From Candidatus Dadabacteria bacterium (GTDB taxonomy: Bacteria; Desulfobacterota_D; UBA1144; Nemesobacterales; CSP1-2), in NCBI GenBank assembly GCA_040289575.1, contig PSLL01000029.1, positions 6,620-30,941 of the forward strand: 24,322 bases of DNA. The letters run 5' to 3'. Of the stretch, positions 16,999 through 24,322 are shown piece after piece. Under the pieces are notes generated by a model. The model saw only the letters and a list, made by a program, of their open reading frames with translations, was not told the origin of the DNA and ran no database searches. Made by a program: the position numbers and the translations under genes. Position 1 is the first letter of the stretch, and the number at the start of each line of letters is the position of its first letter.

Positions 16999-18321
16999 AT
17001 GGGCGAAGCCTTTTTTACTCCAAGAGAGATAGTTTCAGAACTAGATAAATATATCATCGGTCAGAATAAGGCAAAAAGGGCCGTGTCAATTGCGCTTAGA
17101 AATCGCTGGAGGCGACAGCATGTCTCCCCTGAATTAAGAGATGAGATTGCTCCCAAAAATATATTGATGATTGGTCCTACAGGGGTTGGAAAAACCGAGA
17201 TTGCAAGGAGACTCGCAAAACTTGCCCAGGCTCCCTTTCTCAAGGTTGAGGCTTCAAAGTTCACAGAGGTTGGATATGTTGGAAGGGACGTTGAGTCAAT
17301 GATTCGGGACCTTACAGACATTGCTGTAAAGATGATAACTGATGAGGAAAAGCAAGCCATAAAGACAAAGGCCGAGGATTTAGCGGAAGAGAGAATTCTT
17401 GATCTCTTATATCCAAGAAGTAAGACCGCTGAAGTCACTTCGTCTAACGAGACTAGGGAGAAATTTAGAAAACTCTTGCGTGAAGGAAAGCTCGATGAGA
17501 GATACGTAGATATTGAGGTAAGTGCAAAAAACCTTCCGATTCAGGTTTTTACCCCATCCGGTATGGAGGAGATGGACGTAAACATCGCCGATATGCTGGG
17601 GAATATGTTTCCAAAGCGCACTAAAAAGAGGAAGGTAAAGGTTCCCGAAGCGATGGAGATACTGATTCAGGAGGAGGCGCAGAAACTTATTGATATGGAT
17701 AAGGTGGTTAAGCTCGCAATTGAAAGGGTCGAGCAGTCGGGGATTATTTTCATAGATGAAATAGATAAAATTGCCGGGCGTGAGGGCACAGCAGGGCCGG
17801 ATGTTTCAAGAGAAGGTGTTCAGAGGGATTTGCTTCCCATAATAGAAGGATGCACGGTGAACACAAAGCACGGTATGGTGAGAACCGATCACATACTTTT
17901 TGTTTCTGCCGGAGCCTTCCATGTCTCAAAACCCTCCGATCTTATCCCTGAGCTTCAAGGCAGATTTCCCATAAGGGTAGAGCTTGATCCACTTACAAAA
18001 GAGGACTTTATAAAGATTCTCACAGAGCCTAGGAATGCCCTTATCAGGCAATATAAAGAACTCCTCAAGACCGAAGGGATTGACCTTATATTCAAAGAGG
18101 ATGCGATAAATGAGATTGCGGAGATCGCCGCTTATGTAAACGAATCGACTGAAAATATTGGAGCAAGAAGGCTCCACACAGTAATGGAGAGAATCCTCGA
18201 TGACATCTCTTTTAACGCTCCCGACATTTCAAAGGAAAGGGTTGTGATAGATGCAAGATATGTAAGAGAGAGAATTGCCGATATTGTAAAGGATAGAGAC
18301 CTGAGCCGGTATATTCTGTAA
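16999..18321 (+). CDS. hslU: ATP-dependent protease ATPase subunit HslU
   Basis: [22 protein letters not shown] pore loop, [27 protein letters not shown]. Confidence 0.97.
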   Translation: MGEAFFTPREIVSELDKYIIGQNKAKRAVSIALRNRWRRQHVSPELRDEIAPKNILMIGPTGVGKTEIARRLAKLAQAPFLKVEASKFTEVGYVGRDVESMIRDLTDIAVKMITDEEKQAIKTKAEDLAEERILDLLYPRSKTAEVTSSNETREKFRKLLREGKLDERYVDIEVSAKNLPIQVFTPSGMEEMDVNIADMLGNMFPKRTKKRKVKVPEAMEILIQEEAQKLIDMDKVVKLAIERVEQSGIIFIDEIDKIAGREGTAGPDVSREGVQRDLLPIIEGCTVNTKHGMVRTDHILFVSAGAFHVSKPSDLIPELQGRFPIRVELDPLTKEDFIKILTEPRNALIRQYKELLKTEGIDLIFKEDAINEIAEIAAYVNESTENIGARRLHTVMERILDDISFNAPDISKERVVIDARYVRERIADIVKDRDLSRYIL

Positions 18322-18427
18322 CCTATCGACCCCCAGCGTTTTCTCTAAAATCATTTTGTCTTTGCTCTCAAAGATATATTCGGAATTCGTGAAGACCTAC
18401 GGCGGCTTATAATTGATTCTACCAAAA

Positions 18428-18470
18428 GTCACCCTGAACGCAGTGTAGGGTCTCAAAAGGTTCTTCGCTT
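18428..18470 (+). repeat. Degenerate, truncated REP-like intergenic repeat
   Basis: GTCACCCTGAACGCAGTGTAGGGTCTC...TTCTTCGCT resembles the GTCA(C/T)CCTGAGCG-AGCGAAGG...ATTCTTCGCT class of intergenic palindromic repeats (recognised from memory); the right arm is cut off. Confidence 0.45.
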
Positions 18471-18475
18471 TATAG

Positions 18476-18509
18476 TTGCATTTTTCGTTATTTCTATTAT
18501 AATAGAAAT
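18476..18509 (+). promoter_or_regulatory. ars promoter with overlapping putative ArsR operator
   Basis: TTGCAT (18476-18481), 16-bp spacer, TATAAT (18498-18503); perfect 20-bp palindrome ATTTCTATTATAATAGAAAT (18490-18509). Confidence 0.75.
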
Positions 18510-18521
18510 GTAAAATTAAAA

Positions 18522-18857
18522 ATGTTAAATAAGGAAATTGTCCGATATGCCAATATGCTATCTGCTATGGGAACCGAGCCGCGTCTTCGAATTATGAGGC
18601 TGCTATTATCAGCACATCCACAAGGCATGGTTGTGGGCGATATAAAGACTGAACTCGGAATTGCGAACTCGACCCTGTCACATCACTTAGAGAAGTTAAA
18701 GAATGTGGGCCTTGTGACAGTTCGGCGTGACCGCCAATTCCTGTGGTATGCTGCCAATACAGAGGTATTGCAGGAGCTGCTGGCTTTTCTCTTTGCCGAG
18801 TGTTGTTCCCGCAATCGGACGATCAAGCCAGAAACCATAATTAAACTTTGTAGATAG
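18522..18857 (+). CDS. arsR: ArsR/SmtB-family repressor
   Basis: RLRIMRLL...STLSHHL...GLV winged helix; C-terminal vicinal cysteines AECC plus a distal Cys. Confidence 0.9.
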   Translation: MLNKEIVRYANMLSAMGTEPRLRIMRLLLSAHPQGMVVGDIKTELGIANSTLSHHLEKLKNVGLVTVRRDRQFLWYAANTEVLQELLAFLFAECCSRNRTIKPETIIKLCR

Positions 18858-18870
18858 AAGGGTTTTTATT

Positions 18871-19749
18871 ATGAGTCTAAGAAAAGAGTGCGAAACGTCT
18901 GAGAAAGTCTACGTGACAAACCGTGACATTGAGGAGATTGTAAAGAAAAGATACGGTCAGATTGCGTTACAGGTTGAAGGCGGAGGTGGCTTATGTTGTG
19001 GATCGGGATGTGGAAAGACACAATCGCGCGATCAGCAAGACCAAATCGCTTCTAACCTTTATGGAGTTGATGAGATTGCTGAAATCCCTGTTGAGGCTGT
19101 TCTGGCCTCTCTGGGGTGCGGTAATCCTACCGCACTAGCCCAAATCAACCCAGGCGAGACGGTGCTTGATCTTGGCTCTGGCGGCGGCATTGATGTATTG
19201 TTATCTGTCAGGCGTGTTGGACCAACCGGGAAGGTCTATGGTCTTGACATGACAGATGAAATGCTCGCATTAGCCCGTGAGAATCAGCGCAGGGCCGGCA
19301 TCGAGAATGTGGATTTTCTCAAGGGTGAAATCGAGCAGATTCCACTGCCCGATGGTTCTGTTGATGTTATCATATCTAACTGCGTCATTAATCTCTCCGC
19401 CGATAAAGACAAAGTCTTGGCAGAGGCCTTCCGTGTACTTAAACCCGGCGATCGCCTTGCCGTCTCAGGCATTGTGGTTCGAGGGGAGATGCCTCCTGAG
19501 ATTCGTCGGAATTTAGAACTCTGGATTAGCTGTATATCTGGGGCATTGGAGGAAAATGAGTACCAATCCAAGTTGGAAAAGGCTGGTTTTGTTGAGATTG
19601 GTCTGGAACCCACACATATCTACCGTGTCGAAGACGCGCGTGAATTTCTCATCAATGCCGGTATTGATGTTGATGCCATTGCGCCGCGGATAGAGGGAAG
19701 ATTCATGAGCGCATTTGTCCGTGCACGAAAACCAGATTATCGGAGTTAA
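18871..19749 (+). CDS. arsM: Arsenite S-adenosylmethionine methyltransferase
   Basis: N-terminal [20 protein letters not shown] motif, [17 protein letters not shown]. Confidence 0.9.
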   Translation: MSLRKECETSEKVYVTNRDIEEIVKKRYGQIALQVEGGGGLCCGSGCGKTQSRDQQDQIASNLYGVDEIAEIPVEAVLASLGCGNPTALAQINPGETVLDLGSGGGIDVLLSVRRVGPTGKVYGLDMTDEMLALARENQRRAGIENVDFLKGEIEQIPLPDGSVDVIISNCVINLSADKDKVLAEAFRVLKPGDRLAVSGIVVRGEMPPEIRRNLELWISCISGALEENEYQSKLEKAGFVEIGLEPTHIYRVEDAREFLINAGIDVDAIAPRIEGRFMSAFVRARKPDYRS

Positions 19750-19751
19750 CC

Positions 19752-20171
19752 ATGGAAAAGAAGAAGGTTCTCTTTATCTGTGTCCATAACAGCGCACGGA
19801 GCCTGATGGCAGAAGCGTTGCTGAACCAGATGTGCGGCGACGAGTTTGAGGCTCAGAGCGCCGGTTTGACGCCGGGCAGGCTGCGTGAAATCGGAATTGA
19901 CATCTCCAGGAAGGAGACGCGCAGTGTGTTTGATGTTTGGAAGTCAGGACAGGTATTTGCCTATGTTATTACAGTTTGTGATGAGGCTAGTGCGGAGCAG
20001 TGTCCAGTCTTCCCCGGGGTTACGACAAGGCTTCATTGGAGATTTCCTGACCCATCGACATTTGAGGGGACATGGGAAGAAAGATTAGAGAGAACAAGGC
20101 GTGTGCGGGATATGATTAGGGCAAAAATCGAGGAATGGTGTCGTTTAAATTGTCTCAATACCGTTGCATAA
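19752..20171 (+). CDS. arsC: Thioredoxin-coupled (LMW-PTP fold) arsenate reductase with apparent internal in-frame deletion
   Basis: CVHNSARS P-loop, TVCD...QCPVFPG, HWRFPDP; the helix between PGRL and REIGID appears to be missing. Confidence 0.8.
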   Translation: MEKKKVLFICVHNSARSLMAEALLNQMCGDEFEAQSAGLTPGRLREIGIDISRKETRSVFDVWKSGQVFAYVITVCDEASAEQCPVFPGVTTRLHWRFPDPSTFEGTWEERLERTRRVRDMIRAKIEEWCRLNCLNTVA

Positions 20172-20201
20172 TCTCAAGACTCCGATAGAACTCTATACCA
20201 A

Positions 20202-20260
20202 TGTAGGGCTCTTTCACCGAGCGGGCTTAAATAGGGCTGATGAGGGCATCAGTCCCTACA
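20202..20260. repeat. Inverted pair of GTAG-type REP-like elements
   Basis: Bounded by TGTAGGG...CCCTACA. The minus-strand copy (20234-20259) reads GTAG-GGACTGATG-CCCT-CATCAGCCC, a GTAG tetranucleotide followed by a hairpin. Confidence 0.55.
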
Positions 20261-20354
20261 ATACAGCGATGCCTATCTATAGAATTAATATTGAGCAAGC
20301 AACCCATAAGAAACGATGTTTGCAACAAAGCATTTGTAATTCATTATTTCAGAT

Positions 20355-20382
20355 TTGAAATAGCATAATAAGACGCTATAAT
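20355..20382 (+). promoter_or_regulatory. Putative sigma70 promoter of argBDF
   Basis: TTGAAA (20355-20360), 16-bp spacer, TATAAT (20377-20382). Confidence 0.6.
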
Positions 20383-20401
20383 TTATCTCCTCAAATAAAA
20401 T

Positions 20402-21280
20402 ATGAAAGAGCTAATTCAAAAAGCAAACACTCTGGTTGAAGCGCTTCCATACATAAAGGAATTTTATGGAAAAACGCTTGTGATAAAGTATGGAGGGAGT
20501 ATAGGTGGGAAGGAGCTTTATAACTTTGCGCGCGATATAGTTCTTATGAAATATGTCGGTATGCACCTTGTGGTTGTTCACGGCGGCGGACCTCAGATTG
20601 GGAATCTCCTGGGAAGGCTGGGGATGAAATCTCAATTCATTGCAGGACTCAGGGTCACGGATTCGGAAACGATGGAAGTGGTTGAGATGGTCCTAGTTGG
20701 AAAGGTGAATCAGGAGATCGTGACGGCAATAAATTCCCTTGGTGGGAATGCGGTAGGTGCGTCGGGCAAGGACGGAAAGATAATAGTCGCAAAAAAGGTT
20801 GACGTATCAAAGATTGCAGAAGATGGCACAGACATCCCCCAGGGCGCGGATTTAGGGATGGTAGGGGAGGTCGAGGCCGTAAATCCACATCTTATACAGG
20901 TTCTAGAGAGGGCGGGTTTCATTCCGGTTATCGCTCCAATTGGTTTCGATGGGGAGGGGAGATCTTATAACATAAACGCTGATCATGTTGCGGGGAAAAT
21001 CGCGGGGGCGCTCAATGCGGAGAAACTGATTCTCCTTACTGATGTGCCAGGGATATTGGATGCGGAGAAAAACCTCATCTCCTCGCTTACAGAGGCGAAG
21101 GCAAAGGAGTTAATGAAGAAGGGGGTAATCTCAAGCGGAATGATACCAAAGGTCAGGTGTGCGACTGAGGCCCTTCGTGAGGGGGTAAATAAGGTCCATA
21201 TAATTGACGGAAGGGTAGAGCACGCACTGATACTTGAGATCTTTACTGACGCGGGGATAGGGACGGAGATACTGATTTGA
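20402..21280 (+). CDS. argB: Acetylglutamate kinase
   Basis: EALPYI, VIKYGG, VHGGGPQI, YNINAD, GMIPK, EIFTDAGIGT. Confidence 0.96.
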   Translation: MKELIQKANTLVEALPYIKEFYGKTLVIKYGGSIGGKELYNFARDIVLMKYVGMHLVVVHGGGPQIGNLLGRLGMKSQFIAGLRVTDSETMEVVEMVLVGKVNQEIVTAINSLGGNAVGASGKDGKIIVAKKVDVSKIAEDGTDIPQGADLGMVGEVEAVNPHLIQVLERAGFIPVIAPIGFDGEGRSYNINADHVAGKIAGALNAEKLILLTDVPGILDAEKNLISSLTEAKAKELMKKGVISSGMIPKVRCATEALREGVNKVHIIDGRVEHALILEIFTDAGIGTEILI

Positions 21281-22476
21281 AGACAGAAGAGATAATTGCG
21301 AAGTTTGAAAGATACGTAATGAGCACATACAGCCGCCAGCCGATAGTGCTCATGGGTGGGGAAGGATGCTGGGTGTGGGATGTCGAAGGGAAAAGATACC
21401 TCGACTTTATCAGCGGAATTGCTGTCACCAATCTGGGTCATCATCACCCGGCAATAATTAAGGCAATAGAAGAACAGGCCGAAAGATTGATACATGTATC
21501 GAACCTCTTTCACATATTGCCCCAGGTTGAGCTTGCCGAAATTCTGGTGAAAAACTCCTTTGCGGATAAGGTCTTTTTCTGCAACAGCGGCGCGGAGGCA
21601 AATGAGGGAGCGATAAAGCTCGCAAGAAAATGGGGGGAGGCAAATGGTGGCAGATATAAAATAATCTCTGCACTCGGCTCTTTTCACGGGAGGACGCTCG
21701 GTGCGCTTAGTGCAACGGGGCAGAAGAGGTATCAAAAGGGGTTTAAGCCTCTTGTTTCGGGGTTTAAGTTTGTTCCTTATGGAAAGGTAGAACCTCTGAG
21801 AAGGGCATTGAATGATGAAAAGGTATGTGCTGTAATACTTGAGCCCATACAAGGAGAAAACGGAGTCATAATTCCTCCGGATGACTACCTGCCTAATGTA
21901 AGGGAGATATGCACAGAAAAAAACGTGCTCTTGATTCTCGATGAGATTCAGGTTGGACTCGGAAGAACGGGAAGGCTATTTGCATATGAGCACTATGGAA
22001 TAGAGCCGGATATAATGACACTTGCTAAGGCTCTTGGCGGCGGGATTCCAACAGGGGCTGTTCTTTCACGGGATGAGATTGCAATTTATCTGACCCCCGG
22101 GTCGCACGGTTCTACATTAGGAGGAAACCCCCTTGCCATGTATTCTGGATGCGCCGTGCTAAGGACTATTCTCAGCAATGGAGTATTAGATAATGCGTCT
22201 GCAATGGGAAGGTATTTCTTGGAGGGGCTCCGTGGTTTGGGGCAGGAATATAGCGGTTTAATAAAGGAAACTCGGGGCAAGGGGCTTATCCTTGGAATAG
22301 AACTCCGAACAAAGGATAAGGGAAAGGAGATCATAAGAAGGTGTTTAGAAAAGGGTCTACTTGTAAGTCTTACCAAAGAGAAGATAATAAGGATCCTTCC
22401 GCCCCTTATAGTGAACGAGAAGGAGATTGATTTTGCCTTAGAAAAACTCAATGAATCATTTAAAGAGGTTTCCTGA
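21277..22476 (+). CDS. argD: Acetylornithine aminotransferase
   Basis: [36 protein letters not shown] lysine; the TTG start overlaps the argB stop. Confidence 0.93.
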   Translation: MKTEEIIAKFERYVMSTYSRQPIVLMGGEGCWVWDVEGKRYLDFISGIAVTNLGHHHPAIIKAIEEQAERLIHVSNLFHILPQVELAEILVKNSFADKVFFCNSGAEANEGAIKLARKWGEANGGRYKIISALGSFHGRTLGALSATGQKRYQKGFKPLVSGFKFVPYGKVEPLRRALNDEKVCAVILEPIQGENGVIIPPDDYLPNVREICTEKNVLLILDEIQVGLGRTGRLFAYEHYGIEPDIMTLAKALGGGIPTGAVLSRDEIAIYLTPGSHGSTLGGNPLAMYSGCAVLRTILSNGVLDNASAMGRYFLEGLRGLGQEYSGLIKETRGKGLILGIELRTKDKGKEIIRRCLEKGLLVSLTKEKIIRILPPLIVNEKEIDFALEKLNESFKEVS

Positions 22477-23390
22477 TGTCCAGACACTTCCTTAGTATAT
22501 TTGACCTAAAAAGAACCGAGATAGAGTTCCTTCTATATAGGGCTTTTGAACTCAAGAGACTAAAGAAAGAGGGCATCCCCCACCATACACTAAAGGGCAA
22601 ATATATAGGGATGATATTTGAGAAGCTCTCTACAAGGACGAGGATCTCATTTGAGGTTGGAACGATTGACCTTGGCGGAAGCGTAATCTATATGAGCTCG
22701 CGCGATATGCAGCTCGGACGCGGAGAGACGATTGCAGATACGGCGAGGGTTCTCTCATCATATGTGGATGGGATTATAATCAGAACATATGGCCAGGAAA
22801 GGATTGAGGAGTTGGCACGGCATTCTTCAATCCCCGTAATCAATGCCCTTACGGACCTTGAGCACCCATGCCAGATTATATCGGACTTGTTTACCATAAA
22901 AGAAAAGGGTCTTGATATTGAGAAGATGAAGCTTGCGTATGTAGGGGATGGAAACAATGTTGCAAATTCCCTTGTCGCCGCCGCGGGCATTTTGGGATTC
23001 CATCTCGCCGTAGGAACCCCAAAGGGATATGAGCCTGACAAAAAAATATTAAAAGAGGCTTTGGGATATAAGAATGGAAAGATAGAGATTACGAATGACC
23101 CGAAGGAGGCCGCAGAGGGGGCGGATGTCCTTTATACGGACGTTTGGGTCAGCATGGGGCAGGAGGATGAGATGAGAGAGAGGCTCAAGATTTTTAAACC
23201 ATATCAGATAAATGAAGAACTCCTCTCTTTTGCAAAGCCGGATGTAATTGTGATGCACTGCCTTCCCGCACATAGAGGCGAAGAGATTACAGATGAGGTA
23301 ATTGACGGCCCCAACTCGGTTGTCTTTGAACAGGCAGAAAACAGGCTCCATGTGGGAAAAGCAATACTTGAGATGTTTATTACTGACTAG
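22476..23390 (+). CDS. argF: Ornithine carbamoyltransferase
   Basis: STRT, HPCQ, DVWVSMG, HCLP, QAENRLH; TGATG coupling to argD. Confidence 0.96.
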   Translation: MSRHFLSIFDLKRTEIEFLLYRAFELKRLKKEGIPHHTLKGKYIGMIFEKLSTRTRISFEVGTIDLGGSVIYMSSRDMQLGRGETIADTARVLSSYVDGIIIRTYGQERIEELARHSSIPVINALTDLEHPCQIISDLFTIKEKGLDIEKMKLAYVGDGNNVANSLVAAAGILGFHLAVGTPKGYEPDKKILKEALGYKNGKIEITNDPKEAAEGADVLYTDVWVSMGQEDEMRERLKIFKPYQINEELLSFAKPDVIVMHCLPAHRGEEITDEVIDGPNSVVFEQAENRLHVGKAILEMFITD

Positions 23391-23402
23391 CGATTTTCGG
23401 TT
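23315..23402 (+). repeat. Direct repeat copy 1 (argF 3' end plus 12 bp downstream)
   Basis: 78/88 identical, ungapped, to 23977-24064 (offset 662 bp). Confidence 0.9.
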
Positions 23403-23441
23403 GGTGAAACACGATCGATATTTATGATGGAGGACCTTCCT

Positions 23442-23963
23442 ATGGCGAGGCCCGATGATGATCATCACGACACGCGGCTGCGTCTAGTCGAAGAGCACGT
23501 GCGTCTCGAAAACGCACACGATCTCTCCGGAGTCATGCAAACCTTCGGGGAGCAGGCGGCCTACGATGACGAACCCTGGGAGGATCATCGTCGCGGCCAC
23601 GAGGCGGTGCGTGCCTATTACGAGGCGCTCCTGGCCGCGGTGCCTGATCTCCATATCGAGATCATCGAGCGCCACGTTGCCGAAAGGGCGCTCATCCTCG
23701 AGGTTGTGATCACGGGCACGCACCTCGGCCCGTGGCGGGGCGTGCCGGCCACGGGGCAACGCGTTCGGTTTCCACTCTGCGGTGTCTACACGTTCGACGG
23801 CGGCGGGCGCCTGGCGGGCGAGCGAATCTACTACGACAGGGCCAGTGTGATGCGCCAGTTGGGGCTCTTCCACGATCCAGCGACTCGGGTTGGTCGTCTT
23901 ATGACTGGACTGACGCATCCACTCACTTTAGCGTGGGCGTATGGTCGGAAGCTCTTTCGGTGA
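23442..23963 (+). CDS. SnoaL/NTF2-like ester cyclase family protein, high GC
   Basis: GGAGG RBS (23429-23433) before ATG 23442; GTHLGPWRGVPATG and ERIYYD motifs; 306/480 GC (~64%) counted over 23461-23940. Confidence 0.85.
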   Translation: MARPDDDHHDTRLRLVEEHVRLENAHDLSGVMQTFGEQAAYDDEPWEDHRRGHEAVRAYYEALLAAVPDLHIEIIERHVAERALILEVVITGTHLGPWRGVPATGQRVRFPLCGVYTFDGGGRLAGERIYYDRASVMRQLGLFHDPATRVGRLMTGLTHPLTLAWAYGRKLFR

Positions 23964-23976
23964 TATGCAACAAGGC

Positions 23977-24064
23977 CTCGGTTGTCTTTGAGCGGGCTGA
24001 AAACAGGCTTCATGTGGGAAAGGCGATACTTGAGATGTTTATTACAGGCTAGTGATTCTCGGTT
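23977..24064 (+). pseudogene. argF: Duplicated argF 3' fragment (direct repeat copy 2)
   Basis: Encodes [24 protein letters not shown] versus [24 protein letters not shown] in intact argF. Confidence 0.9.
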
Positions 24065-24075
24065 AATGGAAACTA

Positions 24076-24322
24076 TTAGAGCAAATCAACCGGACTCCGC
24101 ACCACAAGTCCTCCTCGATTCAGAACATGTGTATAAACCATCGTGGTTTTGACATCCTTATGCCCAAGCAGTTCTTGCACAGTTCGAATGTCATAACCGT
24201 TTTGAAGCAGGTGTGTGGCAAAACTATGGCGGAAGGTGTGGCAACTGACACGCTTGTTAATGCCCGCACGTTTAGCCGCTGCTCTAACGGCCCGTTGGAG
24301 ACTCGTCTCATGCAAGTAGTGA
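24076..24322 (-). CDS. intI: Integron integrase, C-terminal part (open at the window edge)
   Basis: [12 protein letters not shown]...[49 protein letters not shown] is the IntI-type C-terminus, distinct from XerC/D. The frame stays open to the window end. Confidence 0.85.
   Translation of the reverse strand, partial: HYLHETSLQRAVRAAAKRAGINKRVSCHTFRHSFATHLLQNGYDIRTVQELLGHKDVKTTMVYTHVLNRGGLVVRSPVDLL

Noticed and set aside
20164..20358. 64-aa ORF after arsC
   Set aside because: TTG start with no RBS, spans REP-like repeats and has no motif.
20983..21852. 289-aa antisense ORF over argB/argD, and similar shadow ORFs such as 1859-2464
   Set aside because: They are antisense to well-conserved genes and show no recognisable motifs.
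23732..24052. 106-aa ORF ending in an ArgF-like C-terminus
   Set aside because: It is an off-frame read of the high-GC SnoaL gene running into the duplicated argF fragment; there is no independent evidence of a gene.
23965..24068. A complete attC site from ATGCAAC to GTTAATG
   Set aside because: The ends are not complementary beyond AAC/GTT, there are no L boxes or long hairpin, and the interior is argF-derived.
1..24322. CRISPR array, tRNA, rRNA or IS transposase
   Set aside because: I saw no regularly spaced repeats, cloverleaf or rRNA-like segments, or transposase motifs, and the intergenic gaps are short.

Overview
Bacterial chromosomal window of about 40-45% GC. The xerC-hslV-hslU...argB-argD-argF order and futalosine-pathway mqnC suggest a deltaproteobacteria/Desulfobacterota-like diderm (inference only). 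From left to right: a transglutaminase-like protein, mqnC, a phytoene-dehydrogenase-like oxidoreductase and a lipoprotein; a ~9 kb metal (probably Zn) uptake locus; a LysM-NlpC/P60 hydrolase; xerC-hslVU; an arsR-arsM-arsC islet; argBDF; a 64%-GC SnoaL-like gene between two diverged copies of the argF 3' end; and the 3' end of an integron integrase. The metal locus holds a Fur/Zur regulator and two complete ABC importers, and both of its promoters carry the same 17-bp palindrome. The most notable element is a small membrane ORF (HxH, H-x4-CxxC, C-terminal RSPP; DUF2946/CruR-like) heading the second metal operon. Its RSPP codons can form a 14-bp duplex with the Shine-Dalgarno region of the next gene, a putative outer-membrane channel. 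This suggests a metal-sensing ribosome-arrest switch nested under Fur/Zur repression. All calls come from motif recognition by eye; no searches were run.
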